Source: Brevinematales bacterium (lineage in GTDB: Bacteria > Spirochaetota > Brevinematia > DTOW01). Taken from it: a DNA stretch of 64,000 bases. The position numbers and the translations under genes were made by a program. Position 1 is the first letter of the stretch; each line of letters begins with the position of its first letter. Below, one piece after another: positions 10,248-21,144 of the stretch. Under the pieces are notes generated by a model, which saw only the letters and a program-made list of their open reading frames with translations, was not told the origin of the DNA and did not search any database. The stretch is from assembly GCA_026415355.1 (NCBI GenBank), contig JAOAHF010000011.1, forward strand, positions 3,519 through 67,518, read 5' to 3'.

Positions 10248-10481
10248 ATGTATGTAAAAGTATATTCCACACCAAGTTGTCCATATTGTAATATGCTCAA
10301 AAATTACCTAAGGTCTAAAGGTATAAGTTTTACAGATTACGATGTATCTAGAGATGAAAACAAGGCTATGGAGATGGTTAGAATATCTGGGCAAATGGGA
10401 GTACCCGTAGTAGTTATAAATGGTAAAGTAATAGTAGGTTTTAACAAACCTCTGATTGATAAATTGCTAAATTTATCATAA
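10248..10481 (+). CDS. glutaredoxin-like protein (NrdH/Grx family)
   Basis: MYVKVYSTPSCPYCNMLKNYL...GQMGVPVVVINGKVIVGFN carries the CPYC active site. GGAGG lies 5 nt upstream of the ATG at 10248. The track ORF begins at 10182, but the RBS supports 10248. Confidence 0.7.
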   Translation: MYVKVYSTPSCPYCNMLKNYLRSKGISFTDYDVSRDENKAMEMVRISGQMGVPVVVINGKVIVGFNKPLIDKLLNLS

Positions 10482-10483
10482 AA

Positions 10484-10510
10484 ACTTGGGGGTAGAAAAT
10501 ATTCTACCCT
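10484..10510. terminator. bidirectional terminator between the grx-like and tatD genes
   Basis: Perfect 8-bp hairpin GGGTAGAA-aata-TTCTACCC flanked by AAAACTT on one side and TCTT on the other. Confidence 0.5.
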
Positions 10511-11265
10511 CTTATAAACCTATTCCAATTCTCTAAAATTACTGTCTGGAGTTTATCAATAGGTATTCCTAACAAATTTGATGCAAATTCATAAGTGTAT
10601 TTTATTAGATAGGGATAATTTTTTTGCCCTCTGAATGGTGTTGGTGCCAGAAATGGAGAATCCGTCTCGAAAAACACCATATCAAGTGGAACATACTTGG
10701 CCGAAGACTGTATATCAAGTGCATTTTTGAAAGTCAAGTTACCGGCAAATGATATGTAATATCCTATATCTAGAAACTTCTTTGCTATCTCTGGTGTTCC
10801 AGTAAAACAGTGTATTATACCCCTAACAGAAGGAAACTTCTTGAGTACACTGTATGTATCGTTGTAGGCATCTCTGGAATGTATTATAACAGGTTTTTTG
10901 TATTTCTCAGCTAAAATCATCTGAAGTTCAAAAAGCTTCAATTGATCATCTTTTGGTTTATACATTCTATAATATTCTAGACCAATCTCGCCTATAGCAA
11001 ATATATTGCGAGACTTCAAGACGTTCTCCAAATCCTCTATCATTTTGTCCGTAGGCGTATACTCAGGATACCACCCGCAGGCAACTTTTAAATTTTTTCT
11101 CGACAAGTACTCAAAAATCTCCAAATTTTCCAAAAACTCATCTACAGATGTATAAATGTTTATACCACCAATTACTCCCTTTGATATAGATTCATCTATT
11201 GCATCTCTTTGCTTCTGTAATGTATTTTCTAGCATATTTAGATGAAAGTGGGTATCTACATACAT
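10504..11265 (-). CDS. tatD: TatD-family metal-dependent DNase/hydrolase
   Basis: MYVDTHFHLNM...IGEIGLEY...IIHSRDA...FSFAG are the TatD motifs. Confidence 0.85.
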   Translation of the reverse strand: MYVDTHFHLNMLENTLQKQRDAIDESISKGVIGGINIYTSVDEFLENLEIFEYLSRKNLKVACGWYPEYTPTDKMIEDLENVLKSRNIFAIGEIGLEYYRMYKPKDDQLKLFELQMILAEKYKKPVIIHSRDAYNDTYSVLKKFPSVRGIIHCFTGTPEIAKKFLDIGYYISFAGNLTFKNALDIQSSAKYVPLDMVFFETDSPFLAPTPFRGQKNYPYLIKYTYEFASNLLGIPIDKLQTVILENWNRFIRG

Positions 11266-11293
11266 TACGCCCTCCTTATAACAGTTTTACAAG

Positions 11294-12991
11294 TTATTCC
11301 AAATTGAATGGTACTTTAGCTTGTTTAACCATACTTATCAATATTTTTTTCCAATCTTTTTCTTCTCCACTTTCTATTTTATCAAGAAGTGATTCCATAT
11401 ATGCCGTAAGTTTTAGATCAACAACTGTTGGAAAGTTTGATTTTAGAAATTCAAAAACAGCAAACCCTAATTCTGTAGGTACTAAAGACTTATTCTGTTT
11501 TATAACGTACTTTCTCTGTAGTAGAGTGGATACAATCATAGCATAAGTTGAGGGTCTTCCTATACCTTCCTCTTCTAGTTTTTTTATTAAAGTTGCTTCA
11601 GTATATCTAGGTGGAGGTTGTGTTTTTTTTCTCAAACCTTTTAACTGAATAACATTTAATACCTCCCCTTCCTCAAGTTGCGGAAAAAAAACATCTTCTG
11701 GTACACTGTGCGGATAGAAGTTCATAAAATTCTTTTTAACAATACTTTTTGAAACACCAAAGAAGTTGTATCTACCTTCACTCGATAATATCTCAAAAAC
11801 AGAAACAACAGCATCCATAAGTTGACTTGCTAAAAATCTTCTCCAGATAAGATCATAGAGTTTATAATGGTCCTCTGGTATCTTACCCTTTACTGATGCA
11901 GGAACCCTATAAACATCTGTTGGTCTTATACACTCATGAGCTGATTGCCAATTTACAGACTCATAAATTCTTGGTCTAGGCGGTAAATATTCTTCACCTA
12001 TTCTTTCTCTTACAAATTTTCTAGTTTGTTCTAAAGCATATTCAGATATTTTAACTGAATCAGTTCTCATATATGTTATAAGTCCTACATATTCTCCATC
12101 TACATTCATTCCTTCATACAAATCCTGTGCTATCTTCATCGTTTTAGAAGGTGTAAAACCTAATTTTGCTGAAGCATCCTGTTGTAGAGTACTAGTCTTA
12201 AAAGGCGGTAAAGGTTTTATAATGTCATTGTATCTCTTCATTGACATAATCACAAGTCTATCTTTCTTAAAACTACTTTTTATCTCTTCAAACTTTTCAT
12301 CATCTATTCGATTTGACGTCGAAAATCTTATTTCTTTACCATCATTTAATTCACTGATGAGCTTAAGTTGGAATATTTTGTTTTCTTTTTGGCACTCAAC
12401 AATTACTTCATAGTAATTGATAGGCACGAAATTTCTTATTTCAATTTCCCTTTCACAAACAATTCTAAGAGCAGGTGATTGAACCCTACCTGCAGAAAAG
12501 GATGAACCGCTGAAATTCTTCCTAAGATGCTTATAAAGTATAGGAGATATAACGTAACCAACTATTCTATCTAGCAATCTTCTTGCTTTTTGAGCATTTA
12601 CTAGGTTCATATCGATATCTCTAGGCATCTTGATTGAATTAAGTATTGAATCTTTCGTAACTTCCGTAAACTCTACTCTCTTTATGTTTCCATTATATTT
12701 AGATAGTACTTCTTTCATATGAAATGATATCATCTCTCCTTCTCTGTCTTTATCAGACGCCAATAAAACCAAATCACAGTTTCTTGCAATTTTTATTATG
12801 TTACCTACTATCTTTTTCTTACCTGGTAGGAAAACATATTTTGGCTCCAGCTTTGCAGGATCAATTCCCATTTCTTCTTTAGGAAGGTCCTTTATATGTC
12901 CCATCGTTGCAACTACTGTATAATCCCTACCAAGGTATGACTTTATAGTCTTTGCTTTTGAAGGAGATTCAACTATGAAAAGTCTCATCAA
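11294..12991 (-). CDS. topA: DNA topoisomerase I (type IA), short form without zinc ribbons
   Basis: Toprim N-terminus LFIVESPSKAKTIKSYLGRDYTVVATMGHIKDL and active-site region GLITYMRTDS. Confidence 0.75.
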   Translation of the reverse strand: MMRLFIVESPSKAKTIKSYLGRDYTVVATMGHIKDLPKEEMGIDPAKLEPKYVFLPGKKKIVGNIIKIARNCDLVLLASDKDREGEMISFHMKEVLSKYNGNIKRVEFTEVTKDSILNSIKMPRDIDMNLVNAQKARRLLDRIVGYVISPILYKHLRKNFSGSSFSAGRVQSPALRIVCEREIEIRNFVPINYYEVIVECQKENKIFQLKLISELNDGKEIRFSTSNRIDDEKFEEIKSSFKKDRLVIMSMKRYNDIIKPLPPFKTSTLQQDASAKLGFTPSKTMKIAQDLYEGMNVDGEYVGLITYMRTDSVKISEYALEQTRKFVRERIGEEYLPPRPRIYESVNWQSAHECIRPTDVYRVPASVKGKIPEDHYKLYDLIWRRFLASQLMDAVVSVFEILSSEGRYNFFGVSKSIVKKNFMNFYPHSVPEDVFFPQLEEGEVLNVIQLKGLRKKTQPPPRYTEATLIKKLEEEGIGRPSTYAMIVSTLLQRKYVIKQNKSLVPTELGFAVFEFLKSNFPTVVDLKLTAYMESLLDKIESGEEKDWKKILISMVKQAKVPFNLE

Positions 12992-12999
12992 AAACTATT

Positions 13000-14598
13000 T
13001 TAAAGAGTTATTCTCTTAACTTCAATTATATCAGGATGCGATGATATTTTTTCAATTACTTCTTTCGGTGGATCAGAATCGAGAGTTATTATAGTAAGAG
13101 CCTTATCACCTCGCTTTGCTCTAGTAACTTTCATTTCACCTATATTAACTCCCGCATCCCCAAGTACCATTCCAAGGAAACCTATAACACCGGGTTTGTC
13201 ATAGTTTTTGAGTATAATCATATTTTCAGTGGGGTTCAACTCTAGATAGTAGTTGTCAATTCTAACAATTTTAGCATCATTATTTGGATAGACAGTATAC
13301 CATATCTCTATTTTTTTGGTCTTACCTACAAGATTAACTTTTATAAGGTTAGAAAAAACTGAAAATGACTCATCTTCTTTTGTTTCAAGTAATTTTATAC
13401 CATTCGATTCGAGATACAGTAAAGAATTTACAAAATTAACAGTATCATCACCTACAATTTTCTCCATAAATCCTTTTGCAACAGCTCTAGTTACTATCTG
13501 AACAGGATCTTCAACAATATGCCCTGAATAAGAAACTACTAATTGTAGTACTCCACCATCAGATAACTGAGATATTATTTTACCTACAGTTTCACCCATA
13601 TCAATGAATGCTTTAAGTTCCTTGTACTTCTGTAGACTTATAGATGGCATATTAACAGCATTTATTATAACTTCATCTTTGAAAAACTTAACAATAGATT
13701 CTGCTATTTCGATGGATACATTTTCTTGAGCTTCCTCAGTTGAAGCACCTAAATGTGGAACAACTATACAATTCTTTGCCCCGATTAAAGGATTGTTTAC
13801 TGGCGGCTCAACGGAATAAACATCAATTGCAGCACCGGCAATTCTACCAGAATTTAAAGCATCTGCTAAATCTTGTTCATTTATTATACCACCTCTAGCA
13901 CAGTTTATTATTCTAACTGATGGTTTCATCATCTCTATCTCTTTCTTAGTAACCATATTTCTAGTTTGGTCTGATAAAGGCACATGGAATGTTATAAAAT
14001 CTGACTCCCTATATATCTCTTCAAGGGAAGTAAGTTTAATACCAAGTTGTAAAGCTCTTTCCTCAGTCACAAAAGGATCATAAGCCAAAACCTCCATCCC
14101 TAAAGCTAAACATCGTTTAGCAACTTCTGTTCCAATTTTACCCAATCCTATTATACCTATTTTTTTTCTATAAAGTTCAACTCCCCTAAAAGACTTCCTA
14201 TCCCAACCACCGTTAACTGTCGATATATGAGCAAAGGGTATTTTTCTAGCAATTGAAAACAGCATAGCAATAGTATGTTCTGCAGTTGATATAACATTAC
14301 CAGTAGGAGAATTCATAACTATGATACCCTTTTGAGTAGCATAGTTAACATCAATAGTATCGAGACCAACACCTGCCCTAGCAATTATTTTTAATTTCTT
14401 ACCAGCATCTATAACTTCTCTATCAACTTTAGTAGAACTCCTCACTATAAGGACATCATATTCAGGTATTTTAGAAATCAGCTCTTCTTTTGAAGTTTTT
14501 TCGTTTACTGTAACTACTATATTTTCATAGTATGACAAAATGTCAAGCCCTGCCTTTGAAAAACCATCTGCACACAAAACCTTTACTTTACCTGCCAT
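13000..14598 (-). CDS. serA: D-3-phosphoglycerate dehydrogenase with C-terminal ACT domain
   Basis: 532 aa with NAD-binding GIIGLGKIGTEVA and 2-hydroxyacid dehydrogenase motifs, plus a C-terminal ACT-like regulatory domain. Confidence 0.85.
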   Translation of the reverse strand: MAGKVKVLCADGFSKAGLDILSYYENIVVTVNEKTSKEELISKIPEYDVLIVRSSTKVDREVIDAGKKLKIIARAGVGLDTIDVNYATQKGIIVMNSPTGNVISTAEHTIAMLFSIARKIPFAHISTVNGGWDRKSFRGVELYRKKIGIIGLGKIGTEVAKRCLALGMEVLAYDPFVTEERALQLGIKLTSLEEIYRESDFITFHVPLSDQTRNMVTKKEIEMMKPSVRIINCARGGIINEQDLADALNSGRIAGAAIDVYSVEPPVNNPLIGAKNCIVVPHLGASTEEAQENVSIEIAESIVKFFKDEVIINAVNMPSISLQKYKELKAFIDMGETVGKIISQLSDGGVLQLVVSYSGHIVEDPVQIVTRAVAKGFMEKIVGDDTVNFVNSLLYLESNGIKLLETKEDESFSVFSNLIKVNLVGKTKKIEIWYTVYPNNDAKIVRIDNYYLELNPTENMIILKNYDKPGVIGFLGMVLGDAGVNIGEMKVTRAKRGDKALTIITLDSDPPKEVIEKISSHPDIIEVKRITL

Positions 14599-14854
14599 AA
14601 CCTCTCTCCTACAATTTTCATTGTTTAGGTTAAATGTAAAATGAAGTTTTTTTCAACTAACCTAACTTCACAAAATAAAACTTGCCTACCAAAATAGAAA
14701 CATAATTACCAAAACAACCAAAAAACAATAAACTATCTGAAAAAAGCCAAGTCTTTAGGATTAACTAACATTTTAAAGCATCAAGATCATTACGGAAACA
14801 TAGAGACTACCATTCAAAAAATTATCAGAAAATAACATAAAATAAAAGTTACCA

Positions 14855-14885
14855 TAAAAAGCCCCAGCAACTGTTAATGCTGGGG
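14855..14885 (-). terminator. rho-independent terminator of the ABC-ATPase gene
   Basis: CCCCAGCA-actgttaa-TGCTGGGG hairpin, followed on the minus strand by TTTTTA. Confidence 0.6.
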
Positions 14886-14903
14886 TAGAAATCAATGCAA
14901 AAA

Positions 14904-16007
14904 TTAATTCAAGACATATTCTGTTTCAGAATCAAAGAGTATAAGTTTCTCAAGATCAACTACAACTTCTCTTCTTTCTCCTAACTTTACATGTATAAAT
15001 GGATCAAATCTTGCTATGAATGGATGTTTCTCAGTAGCAAAATACACGTATTGTTCAGCTCCAAGTATTTCAGTTATTTCAACATTTGCTGATATAACAT
15101 TTTCGTTAACACTTCCTGTATAACTACCTCTGTCGTAAATAAACTCAGGCCTTATACCCATAATTACCTTTCTACCAACATAATCTCCTATACTCTTATA
15201 CTTACCTTTTGGTAGCAATATTCTAAACGATCCTTCATCTATATAGTAATTATCACCTGACTGCTCAACTGTAACCTCCATAAAGTTCATTGGAGGACTA
15301 CCTATGAAACCCGCAACAAACTTGTTGTTTGGTGAGGAATAAACTTCTAGAGGAGTACCTACTTGCTGTATTTTACCGTCCTTCATAACCACTATTCTAG
15401 TACCCAAAGTCATTGCTTCAACTTGATCGTGAGTAACATAAACTGTTGTTACTCCAAGCCTTGCGTGAAGTTTACTTATCTCAGCCCTCATCTGAACCCT
15501 AAGTTTAGCATCAAGGTTCGAAAGAGGTTCATCAAATAAGAACACCTTAGGTTTTCTAACTATAGCTCTACCCAATGCTACTCTTTGTCTTTGTCCACCA
15601 GAAAGTTGTTTTGGTTTTCTGTCAAGTAATGCTTGAAGTCCTAGTATCTCTGCTGCTTCTTTAACTCTTTTGTCAATTTCTTCCTGAGGGACCTTTCTTA
15701 ACTTAAGACCAAATGCCATGTTTTTGTAAACTGTCATGTGTGGATACAAAGCATAATTTTGAAACACCATAGCAATATCTCTATCTTTAGGTGGAATATT
15801 ATTCACAAGGACATTATCAATCCACAACTCTCCTTCTGATATATCTTCAAGACCTGCTATCATTCTCAGGGTAGTAGTTTTACCGCAACCGGAAGGTCCT
15901 ACAATTACTACAAATTCTCCATCCCCTATTTCAAGATTAAAATCATCAACTGCTCTATAGCCATTATCATATACTTTTGAAACATGCTTAAGGATAACCT
16001 TAGCCAT
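14904..16007 (-). CDS. ABC transporter ATP-binding protein, MalK/UgpC/MsmK-type with C-terminal TOBE domain (orphan, no permease adjacent)
   Basis: Walker [10 protein letters not shown], signature [14 protein letters not shown], Walker B VFLFDEP. A rho-independent terminator follows it. Confidence 0.8.
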   Translation of the reverse strand: MAKVILKHVSKVYDNGYRAVDDFNLEIGDGEFVVIVGPSGCGKTTTLRMIAGLEDISEGELWIDNVLVNNIPPKDRDIAMVFQNYALYPHMTVYKNMAFGLKLRKVPQEEIDKRVKEAAEILGLQALLDRKPKQLSGGQRQRVALGRAIVRKPKVFLFDEPLSNLDAKLRVQMRAEISKLHARLGVTTVYVTHDQVEAMTLGTRIVVMKDGKIQQVGTPLEVYSSPNNKFVAGFIGSPPMNFMEVTVEQSGDNYYIDEGSFRILLPKGKYKSIGDYVGRKVIMGIRPEFIYDRGSYTGSVNENVISANVEITEILGAEQYVYFATEKHPFIARFDPFIHVKLGERREVVVDLEKLILFDSETEYVLN

Positions 16008-16025
16008 ACTATACCCTCCTATTAT

Positions 16026-16823
16026 TTATCCTCTATTGTAAAAGATAGAAATCAATTTGTAAAGAATATTTTTAAGATCTCTTCTATGAGACACTATATC
16101 AACAAATCCATGCTCTTTCACGAATTCTGCTCTTTGAAACCCTTCAGGCAGTTTTTCCTTTATGGTTTGTTCTATAACTCTAGGCCCAGCAAATCCAATA
16201 AGTGCTTTAGGTTCAGAAATTATAATATCCCCTAACATAGCAAAACTTGCTGTTACTCCACCTGTTGTAGGATCTGTAAGAACAGAAATATAAAAACCTC
16301 CTTTTTCTTTATACTCCCTAATCGCTGATGATGTTTTGGCCATCTGCATAAGAGAAAGTATTCCTTCATGCATCCTAGCACCACCGGATGCAGATACTAT
16401 TACCAAGGGTAATTTTTGCTTCGTAGCATACTCTACAGCCCTAGTTATTTTTTCACCTACTACACTACCCATACTACCACCTAAAAATTCAAAATCCATC
16501 ACAGCAATTTCAGTTTTGATACCATATATCTCGCAGTAACCTGTTATAACTGCTTCATTCAAATTCTTTTCTTCCATAGTCTTCCTTAACTTATCTCTAT
16601 ACTTTTCCTTACCATCAAAGAAATCAAGAGGATCAGAAGAAATAATATCCTCAAACTGTTCCTTAAAACTATCCTTATCACACAGTATTTCTATTCTCCT
16701 TCTAGCACCTATTCTAAAATGATAATCACAGCTTATACAAACATTCAGATTTTCCTCAAAATCCGATTTATACATCATTGCCCCACACTCGGGACACTTT
16801 ATCCACAAATTCTTCTCTTCCAT
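16026..16823 (-). CDS. accD: acetyl-CoA carboxylase carboxyltransferase beta subunit
   Basis: N-terminal Zn ribbon CPECGAMMY...CISCDYH and carboxyltransferase motifs VVSASGGARMHEG. accA is not adjacent. Confidence 0.85.
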   Translation of the reverse strand: MEEKNLWIKCPECGAMMYKSDFEENLNVCISCDYHFRIGARRRIEILCDKDSFKEQFEDIISSDPLDFFDGKEKYRDKLRKTMEEKNLNEAVITGYCEIYGIKTEIAVMDFEFLGGSMGSVVGEKITRAVEYATKQKLPLVIVSASGGARMHEGILSLMQMAKTSSAIREYKEKGGFYISVLTDPTTGGVTASFAMLGDIIISEPKALIGFAGPRVIEQTIKEKLPEGFQRAEFVKEHGFVDIVSHRRDLKNILYKLISIFYNRG

Positions 16824-17043
16824 ACGTTATGATTATCAATTACCAAAAAACTTATTTTCAAATACTAATCCCCAAAATTCTAATTCTCATTGTGTTTCAT
16901 CAATACTAACTAACCCACTAAAATCATATAATCCCTCGTAAAAATTATCAACTCATTTAGTCTTTTAATTTGAAAAACAAAGTACCAATACAAATAAAAT
17001 TTGATACAACTAGAAAGTTAAACAACTCAGAGAGGAAAGGAAA

Positions 17044-18240
17044 ATGAAAATATCAATAATAGAAGGTAAAATATCGGTACCAGATGATGTTGATATACCT
17101 TATATAGAAGGAGATGGCGTTGGATCTGATATATTTAGAGCATCAATACCTGTATGGAATGAAGCAGTAAAAAAAGTATATAATGGTAAAAGAAAGGTAA
17201 ACTGGATAGAAGTAGTAGCTGGTGAAAAAGCATACCAAAAGTATGGTGAATATCTACCAAAAGAGACTCTCAATACTCTTAAAGAATACGTAATTTCAAT
17301 AAAAGGACCTTTAACAACACCTATAGGTGGTGGACATAGATCACTAAACGTAACAATCAGACAAGAGTTAGATCTATTCGCAGTAGTTAGACCCATTAGA
17401 TATTTTGAAGGGCTCGAAACACCTGTTAAACATCCAGAAAGAGTTAATATGGTAATATTTAGAGAAGCAACAGAAGATCTCTATGCAGGAATAGAGTGGA
17501 ACAAAGATTCAGAAGAAGCCAAAAAGATTAAAGAGTTTCTCAAGAAGGAGTTCGGAATTACAATCAGAGATGATGCTGGAATAGGAATAAAACCCATATC
17601 TGAATTCGGAACCAAAAGACTTATGAGATCCGCAATCGAATACGCTCTAAAGAATAAAATGGACAAAATAACAATAATGCACAAGGGAAATATAATGAAA
17701 TATACAGAAGGCGCTTTTAGAGAATGGTGTTATGAAGTAGCCAAAAATGAATATAGCAACTATACTATAACTGAAGATGATATAATAAAGGGAGTAGAAA
17801 AAGAAAACAAAATAGTCATAAACGACATAATTGCTGACAATATGTTCCAACAGGTTTTAACAAAACCTGAACACTACAAGTTAATTGTAGCACCTAATAT
17901 AAATGGAGATTATATTTCAGATGCACTCGCAGCACAAGTAGGTGGACTAGGTATGGCACCTGGCGGCAATATCGGAAACCCTTATGCTGTTTTTGAACCA
18001 ACACATGGATCTGCTCCCAAATACGCAGGACAAGATAAAGTTAACCCTTCATCACTAATACTCTCTGGATGTCTTATGTTTGAATACATGGGATGGAAAG
18101 AAGTATCAGATACCATAATAAACGCCATAAAAAAGGTCATACAAAATAAAACGGTTACCTATGACTTAGCCAGAGAAATAAAAGATGCTAAAGAAGTCAA
18201 ATGCTCAGAGTTTGGGGAACTAATAATAAAAAATCTCTAA
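17044..18240 (+). CDS. icd: isocitrate dehydrogenase (NADP-dependent)
   Basis: 398 aa with GDGVGSDI, SLNVTIRQELDLFA, NGDYISDALAAQVGGLGMAPG. The ATG at 17044 has an AGGAAAGG RBS upstream. Confidence 0.85.
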   Translation: MKISIIEGKISVPDDVDIPYIEGDGVGSDIFRASIPVWNEAVKKVYNGKRKVNWIEVVAGEKAYQKYGEYLPKETLNTLKEYVISIKGPLTTPIGGGHRSLNVTIRQELDLFAVVRPIRYFEGLETPVKHPERVNMVIFREATEDLYAGIEWNKDSEEAKKIKEFLKKEFGITIRDDAGIGIKPISEFGTKRLMRSAIEYALKNKMDKITIMHKGNIMKYTEGAFREWCYEVAKNEYSNYTITEDDIIKGVEKENKIVINDIIADNMFQQVLTKPEHYKLIVAPNINGDYISDALAAQVGGLGMAPGGNIGNPYAVFEPTHGSAPKYAGQDKVNPSSLILSGCLMFEYMGWKEVSDTIINAIKKVIQNKTVTYDLAREIKDAKEVKCSEFGELIIKNL

Positions 18241-18461
18241 TCCTTTAAGCTAAAAATTGCCTAATCTCTCTCAAAATAAATCCATCTTAAACTCTTAAGT
18301 TCTGCACTATAGCAATATAAAAAGCAAATCAATCTATAACTTTTCTATCACGACAACAAAGTACAAGACAAAATTATATACCTAAGAAAAACTTCAAAAA
18401 TAAGACATTGAAAAACTAGTCTTGCATAAAACATAATAGAGACATACAGAAGGAGGTATAT

Positions 18462-19802
18462 ATGGATGCACTAACACTATCAAGATGGCAATTCGCAGTA
18501 ACAGGTTCTATGCACTTCATATTTCCATCATTTACTATAGGATTATCTCTACTGATATTCATATTCTTTTTGATTTACATGATAAAAAAAGATGATCTTT
18601 ACAGAAGAATTGGGAATTTTCTTGTAAAAATATTTGCTGTAGGTTTTGCTGTCGGAGTTGCTACTGGAATTGTAATGGAATTACAGTTTGGTGCTAATTG
18701 GTCTGTATTTGCAGAAAAATCAGGTAGTATATTTGGAGGACCATTAGCTATGGAAGCAATATTTGCTTTTTTCTTAGAATCTACATTTCTCTCCATATTA
18801 GTATTCGGCGAGAAGAAAATATCACCTTCTGTTAGGACATTATCATCATTTCTAGTATTTATAGGTACCCTAATATCAGCTTTCTGGATAATGACAGCAA
18901 ACAACTGGATGCAGATTCCTACAGGCTATAAAATAGAAAATGGTAAAATAATACTAACGGATTTCTGGGCTATATCATTCAACACTCCAAACTTCATAAG
19001 ATTCGCACATACAGTATTGTCAACATTTATAACAGGTTCACTTCTAGTTATGGCAATTAGTGCTTACAAGATTCTTAAAGGTATTCAAAAGGAAGCTTTC
19101 TCAAAATCATTTAAAGTCTCGATGATTGTATTCACAATTTCAGCTATTACACAAATATTATTTGGCACCTTAAGTGGAGAATACGTTGCAAAACACCAAC
19201 CTCTTAAACTAGCAATTATGGAAGCACAATGGGAAACACAAAGATTTGCCACTGAACCTATCATTGCTGCAATCGATCAAGAAAACATGACAAATGTGTT
19301 TGTTTTAGGAATACCGGGGCTACTATCATTTTTAGCATATAGAGACGTAAACGCAGAGGTAAAAGGAATAAAAGACTTAATAGTTGAATATAAACTACAC
19401 AAATCAGAACTACCTAACATACCTTTAGTGTTTTGGAGTTTTAGAATAATGGTTGGATTAGGATTCTTATTTGCTATTGTAGGAATATTATCAGTACTAC
19501 TATATTACTCAAATAGACTAGAAAACGTTAGATGGTTTTTAAGACTTCTACCGTTTATGATACCTTTACCAATAATCTCAAGTTGGACTGGATGGATAGT
19601 AGCAGAAGTTGGTAGACAACCTTGGACAATATACGGAATACTTAAAACTAGAGAAGCAGTTTCACCAATAACAACTCCAGAAGTAGCTTTTACACTATTC
19701 ACATTTGTTGGTATTTACCTAGTTTTACTAGCGTTGTGGATATTTATTACAGTAAAAATAGTAAAGAAAGGTATAGAGGAGGTACACTATGGGGCTCATT
19801 GA
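18462..19802 (+). CDS. cydA: cytochrome bd ubiquinol oxidase subunit I
   Basis: MDALTLSRWQFAVTGSMHFIFPSFTIGLS matches CydA MxxxxLSRxQFAxTxxxHFLFVPLTxG. Q-loop and GRQPW motifs are present. AGGAGG lies 8 nt upstream. Confidence 0.9.
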   Translation: MDALTLSRWQFAVTGSMHFIFPSFTIGLSLLIFIFFLIYMIKKDDLYRRIGNFLVKIFAVGFAVGVATGIVMELQFGANWSVFAEKSGSIFGGPLAMEAIFAFFLESTFLSILVFGEKKISPSVRTLSSFLVFIGTLISAFWIMTANNWMQIPTGYKIENGKIILTDFWAISFNTPNFIRFAHTVLSTFITGSLLVMAISAYKILKGIQKEAFSKSFKVSMIVFTISAITQILFGTLSGEYVAKHQPLKLAIMEAQWETQRFATEPIIAAIDQENMTNVFVLGIPGLLSFLAYRDVNAEVKGIKDLIVEYKLHKSELPNIPLVFWSFRIMVGLGFLFAIVGILSVLLYYSNRLENVRWFLRLLPFMIPLPIISSWTGWIVAEVGRQPWTIYGILKTREAVSPITTPEVAFTLFTFVGIYLVLLALWIFITVKIVKKGIEEVHYGAH

Positions 19803-20805
19803 GATTTGGTTTTTTGTCCTTGGTATATTTTTAATAGTATATGTAATACTTGATGGATTTGATCTAGGTGGAGCAATAGCTTCTTTATTTTTGTCAAAAA
19901 ATGATAATGAAAGAAGAATAATACTTAATGCAATAGGTAGAGTATGGGATGGAAATGAAGTGTGGCTATTATCATTCGGTGTATTTCTATTTGGCATGTT
20001 TCCTATGGCTTACGCAAGATTTTTTAGTGCCGCATACATACCTGTCATGTTACTAGCTTTTTCCCTCATACTTAGAGCAGTTGCATTCGAGTTCAGAAGT
20101 CAAGTTGAATCGAATATATGGAGAAAAACTTGGGATTGGATACTAGGCATATCCAGCACCCTAATAGCAGTAATATTATCAGTAGCAGGAGCAAACATAC
20201 TAAAGGGTGTTAGTATGACAGAGGAGCCATTCAGACTACATTTATTCGACGCACTAAATCCATTTGCTTTGCTAAGTGCCATAACAACACTATCTTTTCT
20301 AATACTTCATTCTCTAGCATATCTATCAAATAAAACAGAAGGAGAACTATACAATAAGGTTATAAAACTATCCAAAGTATTCTGGATTTCCTCTTTAGTA
20401 CTACTACTGGTATGGATAGTGTTTAGCTCAATTTTTGAAAAACAAGTTTTTTACAACTTTATTAAATATCCTCTATTCACAATAGCACCAATTATAGTAG
20501 TACTAAGCTTCTTACTAGTAATGTTTTTCATAAACAAAGGGAGTACAAAGAAAATATTCATATTCTCATCCGCCACACTAGCTAGTATTATACTTTCCTT
20601 TGGCTTCGCAATGTATCCAAACTTAATCAAATCCTCAATTGACGAAAAATACAATATAACTATATATAAAGCAGCTTCAGGTGAACTAACCCTTACAATA
20701 GGTTTAGTTATAGCACTAATAGGCATTGCACTTGTCGCACTTTATCAATCTTATGTTTACAAAGTTTTTGCTGGGAAAATAAAAATCGAAGATATACACT
20801 ATTAA
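19789..20805 (+). CDS. cydB: cytochrome bd ubiquinol oxidase subunit II
   Basis: 338-aa poly-TM protein with a 14-nt overlap onto cydA. The motif RVWDGNEVWLL is typical of CydB. Confidence 0.8.
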   Translation: MGLIEIWFFVLGIFLIVYVILDGFDLGGAIASLFLSKNDNERRIILNAIGRVWDGNEVWLLSFGVFLFGMFPMAYARFFSAAYIPVMLLAFSLILRAVAFEFRSQVESNIWRKTWDWILGISSTLIAVILSVAGANILKGVSMTEEPFRLHLFDALNPFALLSAITTLSFLILHSLAYLSNKTEGELYNKVIKLSKVFWISSLVLLLVWIVFSSIFEKQVFYNFIKYPLFTIAPIIVVLSFLLVMFFINKGSTKKIFIFSSATLASIILSFGFAMYPNLIKSSIDEKYNITIYKAASGELTLTIGLVIALIGIALVALYQSYVYKVFAGKIKIEDIHY

Positions 20806-21087
20806 GGTTACAAAAGGGGATAGAAATAAATCCCCCCGTACCTCATAAAACATAAACATCCAAGTTTACTAACAAAAATCACTTAAAAACCATTAATAAA
20901 ACTCAGTATGTATCAGTAATGTATCAGTATCACAACTAAGAAACAACTATCCCAACTAAAAGAACACACTTCATCAAGAACATTTCATCCAACAATTAGT
21001 ACTCTGTTTCTACCGAAGCTGAGAAAACCTAATCAGCAAATACAAAAACACTTGAAGTTAAATAGAAGCAAAATTACATTTGAAATG

Positions 21088-21124
21088 AATCCAAAAAAGG
21101 AACAAAAAACTAGGGGTTGAGTAT
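21088..21124 (-). terminator. rho-independent terminator downstream of the 347-aa secreted-protein gene
   Basis: AGGGGTTG-agtatgc-CAACCCCT hairpin, followed on the minus strand by AGTTTTTTGTT. Confidence 0.6.
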
Positions 21125-21144
21125 GCCAACCCCTTACTACAGTA

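Noticed and set aside
17100-17850. Minus-strand ORFs of 67-98 aa inside icd
   Set aside because: They are antisense shadows of a highly conserved gene.
20806-20850. Possible cydB terminator hairpin GGGGA-N10-TCCCC
   Set aside because: The stem is only 5 bp and no T-run follows, so it is too weak to call.
20880-20945. Short direct repeat tgtatcagta ... tgtatcagta in the cydB downstream spacer
   Set aside because: Only two short copies are present. There is no CRISPR-like periodicity, and no repeat-spacer structure was seen anywhere in the window.
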